This document shows, piece after piece, positions 55,672 to 64,000 of a DNA stretch of 64,000 nt. Numbering within the stretch: position 1 is the stretch's first letter; every line of letters begins with the position of its first letter. Source of the DNA: Octopus sinensis (Eukaryota); assembly GCF_006345805.1 (NCBI RefSeq), contig NC_043002.1, positions 16,802,001-16,866,000 on the forward strand, in the 5' to 3' direction. Below the pieces are notes generated by a model. That model made no database searches. It saw nothing but the letters and a program-made list of their open reading frames with translations, and was not told the DNA's origin. Position numbers and translations under genes: made by a program.

Positions 55672-55945
55672 TTGGTGGTGGCTGTCTATTCCTCATGCAC
55701 AGCTTGACTACCTTCTGTACTTACACCTTAGATGATGTGGCTTTTTAAAACAGATACTGCTTTGAAAAGACATCCACTTAGATTGCACATCCGATTTGTA
55801 GCAGCTAAAGCTGAAGTTAAGTTCTGATCATTGTGGAATTTTAAATGTATTTTGAGATCTCCGATAGATTTGAAGAGCATCTGGCGTACCACTCGCGTAT
55901 CATATGATTGTTCGCATCTTTCAGTGGTGCGAATTGACATAGTTG
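55672..55945 (-). pseudogene. Decayed double C2H2 zinc-finger sequence, probably the 3' end of an RTE-type LINE
   Basis: RVVRQMLFKSIGDLKIHLKFH and CNLSGCLFKAVSVLKSH fit C-x2-C-x3-F-x5-L-x2-H spacing with Cys lost (R, R, S). The terminus shares TGGTGGTGGCTG with the element at 59929. Confidence 0.55.
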
Positions 55946-55984
55946 GTGGAGAAATATATATGTGTGTGCGTGTGTGTGTATGCA

Positions 55985-56027
<43 letters not shown>

Positions 56028-56082
56028 TATATATATAAAGAACAATCTTACTTAGAAAGGGATGCGTGCGTTCTGTCATATA

Positions 56083-57103
56083 ATAAATTAATAAATAAAT
56101 AAAATATATGCATATATACATACATATATGTACGTACCAACCTCTACATGTATATATACATGCATATATGGGTACAGGACACCAAAAAAACGTCGAACGC
56201 AATGAGAAACGAAAACATAAACACAAAACCAAGGAAATGGACATTTTTTTAAAACAACGAAAAAATAGAGTACAGGACATACAAAACAAGGAAAATTGCC
56301 CTTCTTCAGTCGCCTCAATTTCATCTACTCCACGTTTTGAAGGTCAATGCGATACAACTCTAAGCCTTCATTATTTAGGCTTTCCTTTTCTTCTACTTAC
56401 TGTCTCTCTCTCTCCTTCTCTCTCTCTCATTCTTCATTCTTTTCTTTTTCTCTACCACCATTCCCTTCTTTTCTCTCTCTTCTCTCTTCTTTTCTCTCCT
56501 CTTCTCTTACTCCTCCTCCTCCCTCCCGTCACGGTCACGTGATGAGACGGCTATTTCTGTCTTTTCTTTCTTGAACTCCGTCAAGTAGAGACGTTAACCT
56601 GTTCTCTCTCGCGTCTCAAACAATAGCGTTCGTAAAAATTTTTTATCTCGTTTGGCTTAACAGCCCTTCTTGTTTGTGCTACTGTTATTCTCCGTGTCCT
56701 GTCTTTTACTGTTTATATTTTGCACTGTCGTTACTATCCTGTTTTTGTTACCATTTTTACCCCTCCGCAAAAAAACCTCAAATTTTATTTAATTTGATTT
56801 TCGCGGGAAGGAAAATTTCCTGAAGACATGTATCGCCTTGACCTTCGAAACGTGGAGTAGATGAAATTAAGGCGACTGAAGAAGGGGAATTGTCCTTGTT
56901 TTGTATATCATGTACTCTAATTTTTCGTTGTTTTAAAAAAAATGGCCATTTCCTTGGTTTTGTTTTTATGTTTTCGTTTCTCATTGTGTTCGAAGTTTTT
57001 TTGGTGTCCTGTACCCATATATGCATGTATATATACATGTAGAGGTAGGTACGTACATATATGTATGTATATATGCATATATTTTATGTATTTATTAATT
57101 TAT
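56083..57103. mobile_element. Inverted pair of about 274-bp arms (56083-56356 and 56829-57103) around a CT-rich core; Penelope-terminus-like
   Basis: Arms are reverse complements at roughly 90 percent identity by eye and contain GAAACGTGGAG and CTGAAGAAGG motifs. Confidence 0.8.
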
Positions 57104-58256
57104 ATATATATATATACAGTTTATAAGTAAGGGAAAGAGAAAAAATTTCCAATGGCAAAATATGCTGAAAATAGACATAACGTCAATAACCATGTAATTT
57201 ATCACTACAAGCACGCGTTTCGAAGAAAGCCGACAGAGAGTTCTAAAAAATCATATGACAGATACAAGCAAAGGAATAAATGAATATATTCTTTATATCA
57301 AGCCCGAGGAGTTTTATTTCTTTGTTCGCATAGTTATCACTTTGTATTTCTCTTTCTTCCTCTCGCCCTCCCTCTCATTCTCTCTCTCTCTCTCTTTCTG
57401 TGTGTGTGTGTGTCTAGAAAGGCAGAGCTCCAGCATGGCCACAGTCAAATCACTGAGACAAGTAAAAGAGTAAAAGTTTAAGAATAGAAAATAAATAAAT
57501 ATTTATATTCTTTTCATTACAGGCGTTCGTATTTTCTCCCAATATTCAGTGATTCTGGATATACCCAGTAACGAAAATTTATAAATCCCGTGTTGCTCTT
57601 GCCTGGCATGTGACATAATCTGAGACCGTGTTTTGAGACTGAAAGTGTTACATCGTGGAAAATATGTTTAAAAACAAACCGAAAGCTACTAATTTTATCT
57701 CATATTTCAATGTTTCTTGAGATGTCAACTTCGCGACAATTTTAAACTATAAAACTTGTTCACTCATTCAGATCAAATACACCTGCTTGATAGTGTTTTA
57801 ATAGCCAACCCTTCAAGCATAATGATTTTTATTTCTTATTTCAAATTATTTATTTCTAAATAGGTGAGATTTTAAGATAATCAATTTTCTATTTACATAT
57901 ATTTCAGAGACTGCACGTCTTTGTCAGAAATCCACTTTGTTGTAATAGTGCTATATATTCTAATATTCACAGCATACTAATATACTGAAGGAAGATGGAC
58001 CATTTTTTGAAAAAAAGCATCATTTCAGAAAAATGTAGGGCACAATGCTGTAAATATATAAAGTGTCTGTTGCTTATAAACCTGTTATACGCATAAATTA
58101 CACTCCAATGAAAAGTAACGGTAAAATACTTACCTTTTTTTTTCACACACACACTCACTCACACATATATATTCACCCACACAGGCAAGAATGAAATATT
58201 TTCCCGTTGTTTTTCACTCACAAAACACACACACGTTTATATGTACATATATATAT

Positions 58257-58287
<31 letters not shown>

Positions 58288-59384
58288 TTATCTTGTATTT
58301 CAATAAAAGTCCTGATTTTTAGCTTTCAGACTTTTTAAAAATATAAACCAATAATTGATTTATATATAAACAATGTTAATCAATTCAACATTTTCTTTCA
58401 CAGCACGAGATACAACAATGAGAATCGATTACATTAATGAAAGAAATACACTTTTGTTTTTCTCTTACATTCACCAGTTTTGCAGAACTAACTTGAAAGC
58501 TATCTTTGGTGAGAAGAAATGGAAATTGCCGTAACTCCTAATTTTCAGCAACTTCACTACTATTAATAACAGAAAAATCACTTTACTTACTACAAAATAT
58601 TTATAATTATTTCTGAAACATTTTAAAGTAGTTCCGACCGTGTCTGAGTAGTGCAGTAGGGGGGCATCAGAATTTGTTGTCAGTTTGCTATTAGAACAAT
58701 TTTATATGTCCGAATAAAAACATTCTATAAATCATAACGAGGTCACTGTACTAAAATTAGCTTCTCCTTGTAGTTTTAAAGAGTAGTTGATATCTTATGT
58801 ACTTTATAGAAGCAGTCAAATCTTTTTAATAATGCCAAAGTCAACAAAGAGACGATTTACTGGGAAGTATAACAACATGTTGTCAGCTATATTCACGGAG
58901 AGTGTATTGATTATGAGTTATATGGAGAAAGAAAATTTAGTAATAAACTATAAATTATTGGTCGCAAATAACATTGGCAGTTGAAAAGTGTATTATTAGT
59001 GGTTTGAAGAATTTGCTTAAACAAGCATAATTAGTTATTTGTATTGATATGAATTACTGTTGTTTGATAACTATTTCCATGCAACGTAGCTGACGATCAT
59101 CGATAGACTTTATTCTAACATAAGCATGTGAGCCATCTATATTTTCGAAATTATTATTTTGATAAAAACGTTTTAATTTTCACGAAAAATTACCTAATAT
59201 TTACGAGTTATATTTGTGTCTATATTGTCTGGATAAGTGTATGTAAGAATGCGGCCTAGTCGATAAGAGCTGGTTTATATTAAGATTAGAAAAGAATGTT
59301 CATACATCGTGCAGAAGTTTCGGTGCAAAAGGAAGAAAAAAGCAGATATAGATATTGATTTCAAATTTTGGCAAAAGGGCCGTA

Positions 59385-59490
59385 ATTTCGGGAGAAGAGG
59401 TAAGTTGATTGCATCGACGGGAGTGCTTAACTAGTAATGATTTTATCGACCCCGAAAAGATGAAAGGCGAAGTTAACCTCGGTGGAATAA
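59385..59490 (-). mobile_element. Degenerate family-C SINE fragment
   Basis: TTTATCGACCCCGAAAAGATGAAAGGCGAAGTT is the reverse complement of the central domain. Confidence 0.65.
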
Positions 59491-59928
59491 GATGTTAATA
59501 TTGCAACCCTTTTAAAGTATAGAATCACTGATGAAAATCCTAATCATTTTCATCTGAAAATTATGATTGTTTTTGCTTACATAGTAACATTAATATGTAC
59601 TTTTCAGTATCAACTACTACAATAATCTCTTGCGTATTTCATATTAGAATATAAATTAGGATTATGGGTGTCATATTTAAGTAACACAACTTATTAGCTA
59701 ATTGGAATATTCACTGATATAGCAATAGTGAAAATGCACAAACATTGACACACCATTACACACAAAAATACTCACAATAGCACACATATATATATCTTTA
59801 TATACGTATGTTTATACATAATTCTCTTGTTCTCTCTCTCTCTCTCTCTATGTATGTATACATATAGATAGATACATACATACATACATACATACATACA
59901 TTTATATATATATATATATATATATATA

Positions 59929-60485
59929 TGGTGGTGGCTGCCCCCTCGTTATCGAGTATGGCCATTGCACGAAGCTTAATCAATGTTGTTATCGTACAAT
60001 GCCTGTGCAAGAAGATATTCTTTTAAGTGAGGAAAGGCTGTGATCTGAGTCAATCCCACTCACTAAGCAACAGCAGCCATAATCCGAAAAGAAGAACAAG
60101 TCAACATCATCGGTAACCACTGAGCCGCAGATTTTAGGTCGGAGTTATCCCAGTTAACTGAGTTGCTTTCTCCTAGAAGGATGCCCTGACAAAAGCTAGG
60201 AGTCCTTCACTCCCAATGGCTTAACTGCGTGAACGGGTATTCAATCCGATTATTTCTATGTCCCCGCGCATCATTAGGCTGTAAGACATTAATTGGATGG
60301 CCGTTGACTCTCAAGAGTTCCTCCGCCCTTTGAAGGGTTTTGTTTTTCATCCCGCAGAGTGACCAATAAACACCCTCCTCACAAAGGGAGCTTGGTGGGG
60401 TTGCCGGTTTTGTCGCCGATGACCCAACCATGCAACAGGTTGTACTGGGTTACATGTTACCAGTAGCACTCGAAATTGACCTGAC
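59929..60485 (-). mobile_element. Short RTE-related non-autonomous element (5' UTR-like segment joined to a 3' end)
   Basis: GC-richer island bounded by (TA)n tracts, with no real ORF. Minus strand carries GAGGAGGGTGTTTATTGGTC...GGCGGAGGAACTCTTGAGAGTCAACGGCC, resembling RTE 5' UTRs (recalled). The 3' terminus resembles 55672-55700. Confidence 0.5.
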
Positions 60486-60488
60486 ATA

Positions 60489-60593
<105 letters not shown>

Positions 60594-61016
60594 GAGGTTC
60601 CGTTAAGAATGTATTAGGTAGAAATAGAGTTCGTTCAACCATAGAATTCCCAAATACCCGGTAATATTATTATAGTATGCTACCAATTCTAGTCTTAGGT
60701 ATTCCTCGTATGTGAAAATAAAGAAAAAGTAAAGAGTAAATGAGTCAAAAGGAAGAATGAATATGGTTAGGCAGCTTTTTAATGATCACTACACATGTTT
60801 CGATACATAGAGTTCTATATGGAGGATTCAATTTTAAATGTAAGTTAAATCAAATTAAGTAACGATTTATCTGTGCAATAATATCTATACCTATCTCCTC
60901 GGGCGATATTTAATCGCTGTCTGCGCAAGTAAATTTTGACTTCAATTTAAAAGTAACATTAAAAATCTGCCTAACCGTACTGACACTTCCTTTTGACACA
61001 TTCACACTTTAGATGC

Positions 61017-61078
<62 letters not shown>

Positions 61079-61363
61079 AAACGAAAGTGACAAACAGAGA
61101 GAGAGAGAGAGAGAGGAGTAAATGTAAGGAGAAGCAAGTCAGGCCACAAAACGAAATTAAATGTATTTAATATATTTACTATATCCGCTTGCCTAACTTG
61201 CTTCTTATATTTATTCCTCCACCTGCTCAAGTTTAAATCTCTTGAGGACTACAAAATGAATTATATACGGAGAGTATCTGAATCTCATCTATATATATGT
61301 GTGTTTATGTGTATACATATATGTACATATGTGTGTATAATTATGTATATATACATATATAAT

Positions 61364-61394
<31 letters not shown>

Positions 61395-61395
61395 G

Positions 61396-61456
<61 letters not shown>

Positions 61457-62187
61457 GGGATAGATAGACAGACAGATATATAGTTATATAGATAGATAGA
61501 TAGATACATACATACATACATACATAAATATATAGATGGATGGATATAACAGCTGTCAGACAAAAGTAATTGCTATACGTGATGAAGTGAGGATTACATT
61601 TGAATAATAGAGAAAGTCGTTGCGGAAGGAAATACATGCTACGTATATGAGAGACGTGAGGCGGGCTGTATATATCTGAAATAGCTGAAGAAACATTGTT
61701 ATAAAACAGAAATTTAAGTAAATCCATTCTCCACTTTCCAGACAGAAATCAAAACTTTTAATTTTTTACTCGAGGAAATAGATCACACGTTCCGTATTAA
61801 TGTTACAACAACTTCAAAGAAACGTATTTGTGTCTATGCTTATTACGTGTCTTGCACATGGGTCATTTCGGTTACTGATTTATAAGAAACGTGATCATAA
61901 AAATGATCCGGTGTCATTAGCTAAAGAATAAAAATCAATCTCGAAATCAGTGTTGTAAAAGATTTACAACAGCTACACTGCTTATAAGTAGCGTAGTGTA
62001 GTAACGTTCGAAGAGGTGTAGAACAATAATATGTAAAATGAGTGTAAGATATCATAAATATATCAACTTTAAAAGCGTCATTCATTTTGTAGTTTGTGTG
62101 TTGTGTTAGGACAGTGACTTAACATGAAAATAGATATCACTAACGGAATGTGTTCAGTATTCCATGGCTACAAGTAAAAGTTCCTAT

Positions 62188-62495
62188 AGGAGCACTCCGT
62201 CGGTTACGAGGGCGTGGGTCCTAGCTGATACGATCAACGGAACAGCTTGCTTGTGAGCATTCCACAGACACGTGTAGCCTTAGCGTAGTTCGCAAGGAGA
62301 TTCAGCTTGACACAGAGTGTGACAAGGCTGGCCCTTTTTTGAAATACAGGTACTACTCATTTTTACCAGCTTAGTGGACTGGAAAAACGTGAAATAAAAA
62401 ATGTCTTGATCAAGGACATAACGCGTGGCCGGGAATCGAACTCACAACCTTACGATCATGAGCCGAATGCCCTAACCATTAAACCACGCGCCCTA
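62188..62495 (-). mobile_element. Family-E-headed SINE with a different 3' tail, flanked by GTTCCTATA duplication
   Basis: Head and CORE match 55075-55206; the tail is unrelated to 54875-55060. GTTCCTATA at about 62179-62187 and 62499-62507. Confidence 0.85.
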
Positions 62496-63043
62496 ACGTT
62501 CCTATAATGTTCCTATAACGCCCATGAATTCATTGTTAATGTAAGCAAACACATATGCACTTAAACGCACATAAGCACCATATTGCGGTTGGAGGAAATT
62601 CAGACAAAATCGCATCTTGCATGAACAGAGATATTCCTGAGGTTATTCCCATGAATTTAACTGAGTGTTATAAAGAACATTTTATTTTATCATGTGAGTA
62701 TAGACGTGTCTGTCTTAATAAGTGAAGTATTAGAATTCAACAGAGAAACAAAACGCACTGATATTTTACTAATTGCACATTACGTGGCATGTCTATTTAC
62801 AATAAGGGCAGAGAATAACGTGCATCAGTAAACGAACTGAAACTCAAATAAAGGTTGATCAAAGAAACTATGCAATATATACAGAAGGTTCAGACCCCAT
62901 CTTTAAAAAAATCTTACAAAAGGCAACTTGTAAATAGCAGGACAACCCTGTAACTCATTTGCAATACATCAACAGTAGGTAATACTAGAGACTGAGGTAC
63001 ATCATCGTATTTGAATAAATGTACGCACAAAATATACCATGAT

Positions 63044-63100
<57 letters not shown>

Positions 63101-63399
63101 ATGAATATATACACACATGAGCATCTCCCGCCATATATATTTTCCCCAACTTTAGACAACACATAAGTCAGTTATTATGCTTCCTTCCCACAAAAAAACA
63201 CAATGTGAGTTCTGTTCAGACTAGTAAGAAACGATTATCAACTTTTTCATTAGACTTAACTTTTTAAAATATTTTTGATAAGGTTAAACGAACCGAAACG
63301 TAAAATTTGTAAGAAAATTAAAATTTATCTTATATAGTGGCGTTTTCAAACTTCTTTTTCTATAAATATATATATATATATATATATAACTTAGAATAA

Positions 63400-64000
63400 C
63401 TTAGAAAGGTTTTGGCCAGTATTGGCCCAGGCCATGTCTAACTTAATAGCACCACCTGGCGAAGTCTTTCATTTCAGGATTTAGGCACTGAGGCCCATTC
63501 GAGCAGAGAGTTATTCTTTGCGGAGACATATCCGGGTGTGGGTGGTTTGTCCGGGACTGTTTGAAGGAATTTGTCCAAAGACTTCTTCAATTTTGTGTGG
63601 TCAGTTTCTGTTTTGACGTGTCCTGCTGTAATGTTGAAGAGACCGGGTCCAATTGAGGTGAAATAGTTGTGCCTTATTGTCGTTATGTGATGCGATTTAG
63701 ATTTTTGCTGTGGACGGATGGCACGTGATCCAAGCCTTGGATGTATTTTGAAGTTGATGCCAACATCATTCGGACAGTGCTGGTGGAATATTTTCCACAT
63801 CATACAGATAATGTAGCGTTCAAGGCGTCGTTGGAGTGAATACAGTTTCAGCTTCTCTAGTCTACCCCAGTAGTCAAGGTCTGACATGCCATCTATTTCT
63901 TTTTGTGATTGACCTTTGGGGAGCTTCAATTCTCATAATATTTTGTTTTGTGTAGGGAGACCACAGTGGACAGCAGTATTCAAGGTGGGGTCGGGCAAAA
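63400..64000 (-). mobile_element. 3' end of a CR1-clade LINE ORF2 (continues beyond the window)
   Basis: ARPHLEYCCPLWSP...QR, YWGRLEKLKLYSLQRRLERY, KKSLDKFLQTVPDKP.TPGY...NSL; ends next to (TA)n. Confidence 0.9.

Noticed and set aside
59525-59560. CTGATGA followed by a hairpin and GAAA as a hammerhead
   Set aside because: The hairpin consumes the core bases, GAAA is not adjacent to stem II, and stems I and III are absent.
60360-60420. HDV-like ribozyme in the RTE-like 5' region
   Set aside because: Only a simple CACC/GGTG plus CTCC/GGAG hairpin fits; the P1, P1.1 and P2 nested pseudoknot could not be assigned.

Overview
AT-rich eukaryotic non-coding DNA, dense in microsatellites and transposable elements. 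The tRNA-derived SINE families and the microsatellite density fit an octopus genome; this is pattern recognition, not a search result. I find no intact host protein-coding gene, RNA gene, CRISPR array or prokaryotic feature. Most ORFs in the track are translations of (TA)n/(GATA)n/(CA)n repeats or are transposon remnants. DNA transposons: a decayed hAT-like transposase (about 3.1-4.6 kb, with a duplicated fragment upstream) and three mariner copies, one nearly intact (DD34D, one frameshift, 18776-20067). LINE fragments: Tx1/L1, RTE and CR1. There are also many SINEs from at least five families and several Penelope-like-terminus repeats. Best leads: (1) a tRNA-headed SINE-like element at 13.9-14.3 kb with a minimal hammerhead-ribozyme motif and an inverted copy of its own tail at the 5' junction, suggesting a Penelope-mobilised SINE; (2) a Tx1-type LINE inserted in a (GATA)n array with a 24-bp target-site duplication; (3) several long foldbacks, notably a 1.28-kb near-perfect one at 22526-23805. 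All identities quoted are by-eye estimates.
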